The notes beneath the pieces were generated by a model that was given only the letters and a program-made list of their open reading frames with translations, did not search any database and was not told the origin of the DNA. 64,000 nucleotides of DNA from the NCBI RefSeq assembly GCF_036321535.1, contig NC_087436.1, forward strand, positions 14,322,001 to 14,386,000, read 5' to 3'. Below are positions 1 to 13,602 of this stretch, piece after piece (position 1 is the first letter of the stretch; every line of letters starts with the position of its first letter). The position numbers were made by a program, and so were the translations under genes. Origin of the DNA: Camelus dromedarius (taxonomy: Eukaryota).

Positions 1-539
1 CACAAATGTTGGAGTAGTCCCGTCAACACTAGTATTTACCAGCACAACTACTCCTCCGAACTTTGTCACCATGGGTACCCTAACCACACGTCTCTAAAAC
101 AGACCAGTATCAAGACAGAGCTGAATATGGTTACAAATGTTATTGTTGCCAAGTTCTTTTTTTTTTTTATTTCTCTCTTGGCAATTTCATGGTTTTAAAA
201 GGAAGACAATCCTTAAACCTATTATATAAGAATGGATAAAGCAAATGTGGTCAAGCCTAAATAATTACTGAATCTGGACAATGATTATATGGGAAATTAT
301 TTACTATTTAACCTTTATTTCATCTGCTGCAAATTTTTCTACACAAACGTTTTAATCTACTAGTATTAATATCTACTTGTCTTATATTTTCAACCACTTG
401 CTACTTGAATACTGCATTTCAGATCCCCCAAGTTTCTCATCTCCTTCCTGTCATTCTCGTTTCTGGGGCAAGCCAACCGTAGCCACCAGCTCCCCCTGGA
501 ACCATATATCCTCCCATTCTTTCCTCACTGACCCTCAGT

Positions 540-830
540 TCCAGCCAGAGCCCTCACCACTGTTCCTCAAATACGCCAATCTTATTTTTGCTCTTGCTGT
601 TTCCTCTCTGGAAGGTTCTTACTCCCAGATTTCCACATGACCCTCCCTCATCTCATTCAGGTTTCTGCTCAAACATCATCTAAGAAGAGCCTTCCCTGAG
701 AAACTGCTGTAAATCAGCACTCTTCTTCACTCTTGAGCCCCTTACCCTGCTTTACAGCAGTAAGGATATTATATATTATTATTGTATTATATAACTTATG
801 TATATGTTTAGCACATCTGTCTCCCTCCCC
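540..830 (+). mobile_element. L2 LINE fragment
   Basis: tttgctcttgctgtttcctctctggaa...ctcattcaggtttctgctcaaacatc resembles the L2 3' region. Confidence 0.6.
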
Positions 831-1487
831 AAGATGTTTACAACACAAAAGCCAACTCCTCCTGACACTCAAAACCCTTCCATGACCTGAACTACCTTCT
901 TTCTATCAGTTATGCCTCTTCAGATACTCTATTAAATCAAATTTAATTACTCATACTTCCCCATACACATCTTTCAATTTCCTTTCTCTATGACTTTGCC
1001 CAAGCAGTGACCATCATCATTCACAAGCTCAAATTCTACCCACACTGTAAGGCTCAGTTTAAACACCACCTTTACTGATACTCCTCTGAACTGCCACAAT
1101 TCTTCACCTGTACCACTCTAAAGGAATTATTATTCCACATTTTATTTATTTATTTTAAAATTTCCTATATTAATAAACATCTGTACTATTCACTTTTAGC
1201 CCTCCGGGTTACTTACATAAAAGAGAAATGCAAATATCTGTATATTTTTCTTGGATATTAGAAATTAATATAAGTATTAATGTTACTATATTGAAGGGAA
1301 GGCAGAAAAGAATTCATGCAATAATCCCAGGATAGACTAATAAACATCTAACACAACTACTTCACTTCCTTTCCTTTTTTGTTGTTGTTGAAAATACACT
1401 TGTTTTCCCAACTTCCTTGCTTCTATCTTTAAATAATTTCTTCCTATTAAGTTGCCTACCCTTACCCATCTTTCCCACTTTTCTTTG

Positions 1488-1680
1488 GGTTCAAATCACA
1501 GCTCTGTTCCTCAGTAGCTATGTTAACTCTTCCAGGTCTCTGTTGCCTAACCTATAAAATGAGGGAGAAAACCTCACCTATGAACAGGTTATTATAATAT
1601 TAAATGAGATAATATATGTAAAACCCAGCACAGTGTCTGGCACTTAACAGGCTCTCAGTGAATGGTGCCTATTAGGCTAT
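1488..1680 (+). mobile_element. MIR SINE
   Basis: gggttcaaatcacagctctg...taaatgagataatatatgtaaaacccagcacagtgtctggcac. Confidence 0.75.
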
Positions 1681-2505
1681 TATTTCTTCTATAGATACAG
1701 AAGCAGCAGTTTAAACACATTTCAAGGTATAAAGTTTGAATATCAAAAATATAAAAACAAAATCCATCTTTATCTGCTCTAATCAAGACTAGAACAGAGT
1801 ACAAGGCAAGCCAAGTTCATGCTTTCTTCTTTTTTTAATTCAAAAAGAAAAAAAAAACAATTGTCATTAAAGAAGAAAAAACACGAGAAGAAGAAAGCAT
1901 TTTTTATGGTCAATATTGGGACAGACATCTTAATGAAAACATCATTTGACTGAGAGGAAATCAACTGGGTTCTACAGTTAACCAGTTGAGTGCTCATGAG
2001 CAAAGGCAATTAGAACCTAAATGAACTTTAAGTCTCTTCATATTCAGGTTGATAATGTTTTTGATTCAGTTCAAAGTGCTGGAGGTTTTTGTTGTTGTTC
2101 TGGTTTGCTTTTAAATAAATGAAAACTATCACTCAGATCATCAAATCCTATTCCTAAGAAACCAATATCCACATATCGTTTACACTAGTAGAGTGAGAAT
2201 TCATTCATCAAACTGACCATCAGTGATGAGCCAAGCCCTCGAAGGATTAGTCTCAATTACTGGTAAGTCTGATGTATAGAACATTTAATTAAGAGTTAAA
2301 GGCCATAATACATAGTTATAATATATTAAAAAAAGAACTCTTATAAGCAAATCTGATCCCAAAAATGTTTCCATCAAGGATACAGAAAAAAGAAGATTTA
2401 AGTTAGTATAATACTAATAAATGGGGAATTTTTAAGTCACAAAATGCTCCTAAATAAACTCATACAATACTTTTAAATTTGCATATAAATTCAGATTATA
2501 CTCAC

Positions 2506-2566
2506 ATTCCTGGTCTTTTTTTTTAAATTGCAGTATTCCCGGTGGATGCTGCACATTTGAGCATGG
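2506..2566 (-). other. Candidate cassette exon C in the ARFIP1 intron
   Basis: ccctgtgtttttag|CCATGC...GGAAT|gtgagt, 61 nt. Confidence 0.45.
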
Positions 2567-4030
2567 CTAAAAACACAGGGAACACCTACTATGAATTTTA
2601 ATGTTAATTTACACACAAATCTGAACAATCAATTACCTGGCAGTGGATTCTTTAAGATCACTGTCATCTAGGCTTAACTCTCTACTGAGCAGGAAATTTC
2701 TAGTTTAGCAGCTATTGCAGTGACAATCACACAGATCAAACTCACAGTGGTAAACCACAAAGAGAATACTTTCATTTATTACTAGGAGTCCCATCATTGG
2801 CTGGACTGCCCAATCCTTCCTGTAGTTCACATGCATCAAAAACATCCTCTGATCATCTCTCAACAGTATGGATTCAGAGATCTCATCATAAAAAAATCAA
2901 ATCCATGAGTTATGGCAAATACAGTATACATAATTCTCTAGGTTCTCAGAACTACATACAACACTGCCTTGACAAATGGGAAACAGCCAAACTATTTTAA
3001 ATCACAAAAGAATCCTGAGTTCTCCACAGACAATACATATTTTGCCAACCAGAACTCATCTTTGACTTTTGGGCAAAAAGTAAGTTCTAGCTCTAAATCC
3101 TACATTAAAGCTTGTCTCACAGACTCAGTGTCTTGGCTTGATGATGGAACACTGTGGCTAGCACTGTACCACATACACAGATGACAAACTGGTTCAGAAT
3201 ACTGGCAACTGGAGTCAGAAGAATCCATGTTGTGCTCCAGCCTTGTAGGTTACTTAAAGTCAGTCCCTACCTCTCTGAAAATTAAGTATGTTCAACAGAT
3301 AAATGGGGGGAATAACAGTTGCTCTACTTACCTAACTGAATTATATCAAATCTGTCTAAGGATCAAGGTGAGACGATATGTAAGATTTACTCTGTAAATC
3401 TTTAAGCACCATAAATCTGATAGATGTTATTAGGATTAGGTATTCCAAAAAAATCTGATGACTTGAATTCAATATAAAATTAACTTCTTAATATCTTCCT
3501 CTCTAATGAACCAGAACTGTTTTTAGGTGGCATGTATTAGAAACACCTGTAGAACTTTCAAAAAGAAAAAAGAAAACACACATAGCCCAGTGTCTACCTG
3601 AAACAGATTCAGATTTAGTGAGTTTTAAGTGAAGTCCAGAACTCAGTATTTTTTTTTTTTAAAACTCTACACTTGGATTCTCATGCCTACTTAACTAGAG
3701 AGAGCATATGGAAGGAGATGAACTCAAATGTGAACCTACTACTAATATTATTTCAACAGGAACTTTATTTCAAATGTAAATTTAAAACTATAGTTAGACC
3801 CCAACATTTATGTTCATTTTTATGGGACAGGTAAACTTTAGAGGCAAATGGTAACTAACTTCTAATTATTAAGAAAGCTCTCTCTCTCCTCCCACCCCTT
3901 TCCCGTGTCTATGTGTGTTGAAGAGTTTATTTAGAATGGCACATGTTTAGACAAACACGTCAATTTGGATGGTCTAAGTTTGACTGAGATGGGTTGACTT
4001 TAAAAAACAATATAAATACCACCCAGTCAC

Positions 4031-4110
4031 CTCAGAATTAGACTTGGCTTCTTCTGTGGCTGGTTTAGTTGTATCAAGAGTTGTAGTATTATTGCTGTAG
4101 TCAGACATAC
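4031..4110 (-). other. Candidate cassette exon A in the ARFIP1 intron, containing an ATG
   Basis: ttttacttttag|GTATGTCT...TCTGAG|gtgact, 80 nt. The ATG frame reads MSDYSNNTTTLDTTKPATEEAKSNSE with no stop. Confidence 0.45.
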
Positions 4111-4696
4111 CTAAAAGTAAAATGTGTTAACCACACATTAAATAATTTAGTTAAAAGAACTGTATCACCTCACTGACATTCTTACAAATATTCCACAAAA
4201 TAAATCACTTTTTGCAGTCAGAACAGGCTTTGCAAAACTATCTATAATCATGAGTATCTACTGATTATAACAGGTAAGCAATTCTAAAAACAAACAAAAA
4301 TTCAGGAAAAGTTTTTATGCAGAACGTAAAAATACATACCTCAATGACTAAAAAATAATTTCATAAAATCATTTTGGATAATGAAACAATTTAAAAGATT
4401 AGAGTGTTGAAGCCAAAATATTAGTCATTCATGGCCTACATAAAGCCAGAGTCTCAGAACAGGACTTGGACATCCTCCATTCCCCTCGCCAGTACTCTGT
4501 AGTACTGATAACAGATGTGACTGCTCATTGCCAAAGTGAAACACTTACACCCAGGTTTCATTCAGTAAAACTCTTAATGAACTATTTCTGCTTCTAACTT
4601 ATTCAAGAACATTTAGAGAATGCCAACTACATATGAAGAACTCTGCTAGGAACTAAGGAGAAAGAAAAGTAAAATCTAATTCAGGTTATAAAAGTA

Positions 4697-4994
4697 CAGT
4701 TGGCCCTCCATATCCGCAGGTCTAAACGAAGATTGAAAACATTTGAAAAAAAAAAAAATCCAGGAAGTCCAAAAAGCAAAACTTGAAATTGCTGTGCACC
4801 AGTAACTATTTACATAGTATGCACACTGTATTATGTATTACAAGCAACAAAGAGATGATTTAAAGTGTACAGGAGGATGTGCACAGCTTATATGCAAGTA
4901 CTACACTATTTTATATAAGGGACTTGAGCATCTGCAGATTTTGTTATCTGTAGAAGTACTAGAACCAATCCCCCGTGGACACCTAGGAAGACTG
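4697..4994 (-). mobile_element. MER2-like Tigger (TcMar) MITE
   Basis: CAGT...ACTG termini flanked by TA on both sides. Internal ttatataagggacttgagcatc...gaaccaatccccc matches the reverse complement of the MER2 5' end. Confidence 0.8.
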
Positions 4995-5099
4995 TACTCT
5001 GAATCTGATCAGGGAGACAGATAAACAAATAATTACCAGACACCATATTAGGTACAATAATGCACCGAAACAAATTTTTTCTCATGAAATACAATGGAG

Positions 5100-8000
5100 G
5101 GAACAATTTTACTATTCACAAATTGAATCTAATACCACATTAAGAAAATAATGCAACATGAACAAAGGAAGTTATCCCAGGAATAAAAGGCTGTTCAATT
5201 AGGAAATCTATTAATATATAATACATTCATAAATCTAAAGGGAAAAAGCATGGTTTTCTACATAGCCATTGAGAAATTCCTTAATGAGATTTAACACCTA
5301 TTCATAACTCAATACTCAAGCAAAAAGGAATTAAGGGAGACATCTTCAACATGATCAAAAATATGTAATACACATACTTTAATCCTACAACCATTATCTA
5401 TCTTATTTAATAAAGAAATAACAAAGGCATTTCTGCTGCAGAAGATATCCATCATCTCTGCTACTATTCAACACTGACCTAGAGGTCTTAACCAATCCAA
5501 GTAGATAAGTCAATTAGAAGAATAACAGGTAAAACTATCTCTATTTGCAGATGATATGACAGTATACCTGAAAAACTATAAAGAATCAAAGGTAAAACTA
5601 ACTAAAAAGTTAAAAGAATTCAGTGAAAAAGCAGGATACAAAAATTCATATATAAAATTCAACAATTCTTGAACTGTTATTGAAAAATTAACAATCAGAG
5701 GACATAATGGCAGAGAAAATCCCATTTACAATAACAACAAAGAAGATTAAACACCTGGGAACAATGTGTAAAATCTATGAGAACAATGTTTAAACTCAAC
5801 TGAGAGACACTAAAGACTGTGCAAATGAAAAGACATATCCTGTTCTTGGCTATGATGACATTATAAAGATGTCATTTCTCCCTTAGTTAATTTATAAATT
5901 CAATGCAATATAGGAAGAATATAACAAGCTATTTTATACAGTTAGACAAGTTATACTAAAGTTTATATGGAAAAATCAAACATGTAAGAATAGCCAGGAA
6001 AACACTGAAAAAGAAAATCATAAGGCGATTAAGCTTTGTCAGATGTTAAAACATGCTGTAAAGTATCTATAAGCATTAAGGTACTAGACATGAATAAAGA
6101 GACCAGAATAAAAGTCTAGAGTTAGACCAAATATATACAAAAATTTAGTATATAACAAAGGTGGCATCTCAAATCACTTAATTACAGATGGACTTCTTAA
6201 TAAATGGTGCCAGAAAAACTAGATAGCCATTTGGAAAAATACAAAATTAGATCCATATCTCACACCACAACACGTAAGAATAAACTCTAAATGGATTAGT
6301 AATCTAAATGTAAAAATGAAAACATAGAAAGTAGTAAAACTTGGATGAATTATGCTTTAAACTTGGTGTATGGAAAGCCTTTCTAATTCTGAGTGAGAAT
6401 CCAGAGAAAATTTTAAAAATTGATAAATTTGACTAATAAAAATGTTTTAAAGATTATATAATACAAACACTATAAACAAAGACAAAAGAAAACTAAAAAA
6501 CTAGGATAACATATTCATAACATGTGCTACAACAGGTTAATATCCCTAATATATAAAGAACGCTTAAAAACAAAGGGAAAAAAGACCAAAATCAGACAGA
6601 AAGCAGGAAAAAGACATGAACAGACAATGCACAAAAAAAAGATTAAAATGGCCTCCAAAATATAAAAAATGATCAAATTCACTTATAATTAGAGAAATTC
6701 AAGTTAATACAACAGTGAGATACCATTTCTCGTCTTTTAGACTGGCAAAAAATTTTAAAATATAACAAATCATTCTGTTACTGAGGATGTAAGGAAACAG
6801 GCACTCACAGATTGCTGATAGGAATACAAATTTGTACATCCATTCTGGAGGGAGCTTCAGTAATGCCCAACACAAAATCACACGTGCACTTACCTTGGAC
6901 CCAGCAATCCCATTTCTAGAAATCTATCCTGGGAACACATCTCCAATAAAACAAAAATATATACACATTGCAGCATTCTTCATAATTGTACAATACTAGG
7001 AACAGTTAAAACGTCTAAACATAGGAAAGTGACTTAATAAACTACGATACATCCAAACAATGGAGTACTGTGCAACTGTTAAAAAAAATGAGGAAGATCT
7101 CTATGATATAGAGTAATTTCCAAGACATAATGATAAATGAAAAAAGCAAAGTCCAAAAATACCTTTAGGTATGCTGTCTCCATGGAAGAGCAAAGAGAAT
7201 ATGTGAAAATACATGTTTCTACTCATTGGAACGAAAGAAAAACAAGAAGAATAAACCAGAAACTAAGGAGATGGGTTACCTTCAGGGGACAGGTGGGAAA
7301 GGAGTGGGAAAAAGTAGGAAAAGGGAACAAGGCAGCAAGAATAAGGAAGAAGTGACAATTCTATGAATATATAGTTTTAAATAATTCTGACTCTTAGAAT
7401 CATAGTAATTTTCACATATACTTCATAAAAAATTATTAAAACCAACCAGAATTTGAGAGGAATTCAAATGGTATAAAATCACCAATAAATGAAACTGTTT
7501 TTATAAATGATTAAGCCAGGAAAGGGAAGGGAAATGGAGGGGAAAGAGAAGGAAGGGCAAAGGGAGAAAGGGAAGGAGAGAGAGAGAAGGAAGGGGAAAG
7601 GGAGGGAAAGGACAGGAAGGAGAAGGGAGTTGCTTGAGTAGACACCATAAGGCTGAAGACAAAAAGAATTATACACAAATTCTGTTAATATAGTTAGCAA
7701 AAGAATTATACACAAATTCTGTTAATAGAGTTAGTAAAAACAGAGTTATGGGTTACTAATTTTGGAATTATTTTATGTGTGTAACAGAACTGAACAAATA
7801 TGTAAATGGAATGTAGATACTGAGAGCTTGGTTTCTCACTGTTGTGAAAAAAAGTTTAAAAAAAAAAAAAAGGAGAACTGCTAAATAAATCCTGTGGTAT
7901 TGGATTTGAATCAGAGTTATTTAGTACAAGCACATGGTGTTTAATACGTGTGTGTTAGTATTCACGTATATATATATGTTTGTCATGCGCACATACATAT

Positions 8001-9165
8001 GCACGTATGTACAGGTTCCTAGCTCTGCCCACCGAGAGGGCCTAGAAGCAGTGATACCTGGGAATAATGAGTACACCTGGTGCTCCGATCTTGGTCTCTA
8101 AACACCAGGGAGCCACAGCTTTTAAGGAAAAATGGTTGATTCTAATACGGGGCAAGGAAAATACAAGATAAGCCTGGAACATTTATGTCAGAAAATAAGA
8201 AAAAGTTAAAGGAAAAAAAAAAAAAAAAAAAGACAAGGGCTTGTCAAAAGAAGAAAGGACCTAACCTGAAGGTGCCCCTAATGGCCAATGCTAGGACATC
8301 TTCAGCAACAATAATGATAGTACTGGATTTAAACTCATAGAATACAACAAATATTAATGGGCCCATACTGATATAAATAACTAACCAAATAAATAACTGG
8401 GGTAGAGAGACAATTCTTTCTCACAACAGAATCTCAATTAACAAACATAGAAAAGAAATAGAAAAACAGAATCTCCATCTGGCAAACATCATAGTAGTAA
8501 ATGTTGCAGAAAGATTCACTGATGTATCCTAAAATAGAGGGCAAAAGTTTGAGGCGAAACAGGACTTACACAAAGTACTTAACTGAAAAGGGAAAGATAG
8601 TATGTGGAGAAACACAGCTGACAGTGAAGAAACTCATAGACCTAACTTAACCAAGTGACTAAGTAATCACCAGTAGTAAAATGTATCAACAGCGTAATTC
8701 CTTAACACACCGCACTGAGAAGGACACACATCATTTTTGTGGCATTCTTGCCAAAAATGCATAAACTCAGCCCAATCATGAGAAAATACTGGACAAACCC
8801 AACTGAGAACTTTCTACACATTAAATGACCAGTACTCTTTAAAAAGTGTCATAGCCATGAAAGACAAGGTAAGTGTGAGGAAAATACAGATTAAAAAGAG
8901 ACTATGGAGAAATAACTAAATTCAATGTGGGTTCCTAGATGGGGTCTTGCAACAGAAAAAGATCCGTTAGTTGAAAATTTGGTGAAATTCTAATAAGGTC
9001 TGTAGTTTAGTAATAATATTGTACCAACATACTTTCCTATTCTTGGTAATTATATTATAGTTATATAGGATGTTATCACTAGGGGAAGTAGGGTAAAAAA
9101 TATAAGGAAACTGTACTATTTTTGCATGTCTAAAATTAGATCAAATGAAAGGTTTTAAAAACAGT
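5100..9165 (+). mobile_element. Ancient L1M LINE (decayed ORF2 RT region plus 3' UTR, L1MC-like)
   Basis: RT motif remnant ctatttgcagatgatatg (LFADDM) at about 5541-5558, A-rich ORF2-like sequence with many stops, and an L1MC-type 3' UTR from about 7760. Confidence 0.8.
7517..7628 (+). repeat. Purine-rich (GGAA/GGGA) low-complexity tract
   Basis: Seen directly in the sequence. Confidence 0.85.
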
Positions 9166-10829
9166 AAGGAATTCTAGCAAAGACAGAGGAACCACCCTTA
9201 TATAGAAGGAAATCTCCTCTAAAGGAAGAGTGAAAGAAAGAAGAAACCTATGGACATAGTGAAGAATGGAACGGAAAACGGAGGAAAGTTAAGGCAGTTC
9301 ATTTTTGCTGCCTCCAACTTTCTTGTGAAATAGGAGTTATCATTTACTCTTCTGTATTAAATAGTAGCACCAATTAGGAAAATAAACAGGATAAACACAG
9401 CACATCATACTGAAATGAGAATTTATACTTTTTTTAATGAAAATAAGTATGTTATTATGGTATCTACAACAAAATTCACTTGAATAAAATACACATAAGC
9501 CTTCTAAGAAATTCCTTGAATTTTTATGATGAAATATGAGTCTCCAAAGAAACATCTAAAGTTACTCTTTCCAGGGGTATTTCAGTAAAAAAAAGTTGGA
9601 GAAGTACTATAAATAATTATGATACATGGGACCAAGGAGTGGAACTCAAGGACAATGCTAGGGAGGTAAATACAGCAAACTAAGGGCAAAAAGGTAGCAA
9701 AACCTGGGCTGGCTTTGATCTGAACTTGCTTAGTTTCTCTAGTCTGGCATATTACTTATTTCAGAGACTGGTTACCAAGCTAAAGACTAAAGAAAGTGGC
9801 TCTATTTCTTTCACTCTAGATAGAATTTACTGGAATATGTCTATCTTTTCTCGCTGATGGATAAACAAGGAGAGAATGGTAAGATTTGTTTTAATTTCAT
9901 AAATCGATATTAATTTTCAAGTTGAACTGAACTGTTTACAATAAAAAAATTTAGTTAAAATATATAGTGACTACATTAGATAGCTACATATGTTTCGAGT
10001 TGAAAAATGATACCCAAAATACATTAGTTTTCTATTTTAGTCAAAACAACTTAAAATATTTCTTCATGATGGTAGTTTCCTTAACATGGGGAAAAAAATC
10101 TTTTCCCCTACTGTCAATGCAAATGATATTGAACTGAAAGTGGTTTACCACAAATATGCTCAAAGTATATTACATTTTCTTTCATATGTAGAATAATAAA
10201 ATAAAAAGAAATAAGATAAAGAATCATTTACATTATGCTGCTATCTTATGGCAATAACTATCTGGTATCTGTAAAAGCTATTTTGCTAGACAATCATAAG
10301 TCCTTTTAGATACTGATAATTAAGTTCAGGATGCTCATTAAGATAAACACATCAGTCTAGATAATTCAAAAGTAGAAAGCTTTGACAAAATATAGTTAAT
10401 CCTCAACTATAAGTAATAATGAGAAACAATTTAAAAATCAACTTAAAAGATATTCAACTATTCTCATCCTAATCATTATTACCAACTTCCAACCAAGTAA
10501 CAAAATTAACTGTTTGGGAAAGTCTTTTTATTTTCCTATTCAGATTGTATTACAGAAAAACTAATGAGAAGTAAAATGGTATGACTCTCAAAATTAAATT
10601 ACTCCTTGAAAATGAGCTGTAAATAAACCCTAAATTAATCAGCATACTGTGGCCTTATTCTTGGCTAGCTAAGTTCCAGAATATTAGCAATGAAGCCAAC
10701 CAGGAGAATTAAAGAGTAACTTTAATTCTGTGGCTAAATTCCCGAAACTATATAAAATAAACCCCTCAATATTCACAGGTAATTTTTTTAATGGGAAAAA
10801 GCTCAGAGTAAATGATTTAAGAATATAGC

Positions 10830-11990
10830 TTAATATAGATACAGATGGTTACATACAGAAATATTTATAGATATGTGTATATACATGAGTTAGTGTGTAT
10901 TTTCCAGAAGCAACTCCTGCAATAATGAGCACATATAGAGCCCAGATCTCAGCTTCTAATACCATTCTCCAATAAAGGGAACCAGTGTTCCTTGGAGAAA
11001 TGGCTGATTCTAGGACTAGGGCAGCATATATACAAGATGAGCCTGGAATATCTTGTAGTGCTGCAAAGTAAGAAAGTGCTTCAAAACAAAGCAAAAAAAA
11101 ACCATAACAAAACAACAACAAAAATCTCAAAAGAATACAGGAACCAACTGAAAGAGCTCCCAATGGCCAAAGGCAGAACAATTTGAGCAACAGAATAAAG
11201 TAATAATGGATTATAATGCAAAGTATAAAATAATTATCCATGAGTCAATATTGATACAAATAAATGATTGAATAAATTAATAAATGAGAAAGAAGCAAAT
11301 CTCCTTTGCAGAATTCCAAAAAAATTTATGTACATACTCCACAGTTCAGGAGGTAGACCATAACTCCCCACACTTTAAGTGTGTACTTCACATAAGGACT
11401 TTCTTCTAAAAAGTACCACATGCAAAGGGAGGGGAGAAAAAGTAACATTACAATGTTCAATGTACAAACTTGACAAACACTGCCTAAAGCCCGGTGATCA
11501 AGGTAACATCAACAACGGTAAGACGTACTGATAGCATTTACTCTTGACAGGATATGATGAGAATGATATCCTCCATGGTATCTCTCCCCAAGACACGTTA
11601 CCCAGTCTAATCACGAGAAAAGCATCAGGCAGATCCCAACTGACGGACAGCCTACAAAACACCTGGCCAGTAATCCTCAAAACTACCAAATTGTCATAAA
11701 AAATGAGGAGTCCAAGAATCTGTTAAAACTAAGAGGATGCATGACAACTAAATGTAATGTAGTATCCTGGATGGAATTCTAGGATAGAAACAGGACATCA
11801 GGAGAAAACTGAGGCAACCAGAAAAAAACCCCCAAAAAACTGAACATGCATTAGTTAATAATGTATAAATACTGCTTAATGAATTGTGACAAGTGTACTA
11901 TACTGTTAAACATTAATAATGCGGGAAACTCTGTACACTACAGTAATTCTGTAAATCTAAAACTATTCTAAAATAAGGGTTTATTACAAA
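10830..11990 (+). mobile_element. Ancient L1MC/L1MD-type 3' UTR fragment
   Basis: ccttggagaaatggctgattctaggactagggcag...actaaatgtaatgtagtatcctggatggaattctagg...aaatctaaaactattctaaaataa. Confidence 0.75.
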
Positions 11991-12194
11991 ATAAGCTAAG
12001 AATACTGCGCAATATTTTATAATAATGACTGTTTTAATAATAATATAAACTTATTAAAATAATTTATTTTCATGCACTTAAAAAAACAGTATAACTGGCA
12101 ATTCAACTATTATATTTATAAATATTTATATTCAAAATCTTGTATTACAAAACTCCACGAATTGACATCTTTAATACCATCAACTTGGATATTC

Positions 12195-13150
12195 AATCAA
12201 CATTTAGCTGTCAGGCACTGAACGAGGTTCTAGGGAGTCAATAATGAGCCAAAAAAGAAAGTAAGATGTGGTCCCCATCTTCACGGAGTATGGAAGTAGT
12301 GGAAAAGAAAGACAATCATAACCACACGTATAAATGCAAACTGTTTAAGTGTAGTAAATATATGATGTTACTACCTAATCTGGGAGGTTAGAATATTTTC
12401 TAAAGAAGTAAAACTTCAGTTGAAGTGTGAGGAATAGCTGGGAGCCAACAAGTCAAATCAAAGTACAGAAAGAGTGGTCCAGACAGGAGGAAAAGCACGC
12501 ACACAGGCCTTGTCATGGAAGGCAGAAGACAAGCACATGGGACTAAAGAGGGCCTGTACCCGTGAAGTGGAAAGTTAAGGAGAAAATGATAAAAGATAAG
12601 GCTGGAGTGCTAAGGATTGCTAAAGAGTTTTATTCTTATCCTAAAAGCAATGAGAAGCCATAAAAGGACTGAGGAGGAAGGAAGAGTGACAATCAGATCT
12701 GTGTTTCAGAATAAATCACTGTGCCTTTAGGATGGATAACAAATTAGAGAGGGGTTGAAGTAAGTCGGTAGACAAGAATGAAGGCTGCTGTAGAAATTTC
12801 AGGAAAGATGATGGTAACACACTGAAGTGGTGGTAGTAGAAATGGGAAGTAGTAGACAAATTCAAGAGATAATAAGAAAGCAAGATTAATAAACCTTGTT
12901 GACAGACTGGACATATCAGAGAGAGGAAGTTATTGAGGATCACTCCTACTTTACTGGACTTCCACTGGAAAGATAATGGAGTCATTCACTGAAATAAAAA
13001 ACAAAGAAAGAGGACTAACATTTGGGGTCTTGGAGGAGTGAGGGAGAAATCAGTTTAGTTTCAGGCCTCGTATGTGAGATATCTTTAATATATTCAAGAG
13101 AGGTGCCAACTAGCAAGCAAGATACACAGATCTAGAGCTCAGAGGAGATA
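12195..13150 (-). mobile_element. L2 LINE fragment
   Basis: attcaatcaacatttag...aatgagaagccat...gatctagagctcagaggaga, typical of antisense L2. Confidence 0.7.
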
Positions 13151-13412
13151 GAAAACATTCACATGCTTAGAAAAGCTGGGATCTTTATCCTAGAAAAGCA
13201 GTTAACAATAATCCCCAAACATCCCAGAAAAACACGAGACTTCGACCATCTGGATTTAGTTAAAACAAAAAGCTGAGAGAGAATACGACAATAATATTTC
13301 ATCAGCTAAACCAAAAACTGCTAGGCATCATGAGGAACACGGAGACTTTTAAAATCTTGGTTCAACAGTATATTTATTATGTCACTAATCATATATTACT
13401 TTTAAGTTTTAG

Positions 13413-13602
13413 CAGGGCTGGCCAATGTCACTGGAAATGTTCTCTACCAGTGCTGTCCAATAAAGTAGCCACTAGGCATGTGTGGCTGCTGAGCACTTGA
13501 TGTGTGACTGGTGTGACTGAGGACTTGACTTTTTATTCTTTTTTATCTTAACTAATTTGAATAGCCACATGTGGCTAGCGGCTACTTTATTGGACAGCAG
13601 TG
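13413..13602 (+). mobile_element. MER3-like hAT-Charlie MITE
   Basis: Internal inverted arms gctgtccaataaagtagccactag / ctagcggctactttattggacagc. Confidence 0.85.

Noticed and set aside
8010..11990. Apparent local duplication (8.0-9.2 kb versus 10.8-12.0 kb)
   Set aside because: The similarity is loose and is explained by two independent old L1 3' UTRs.
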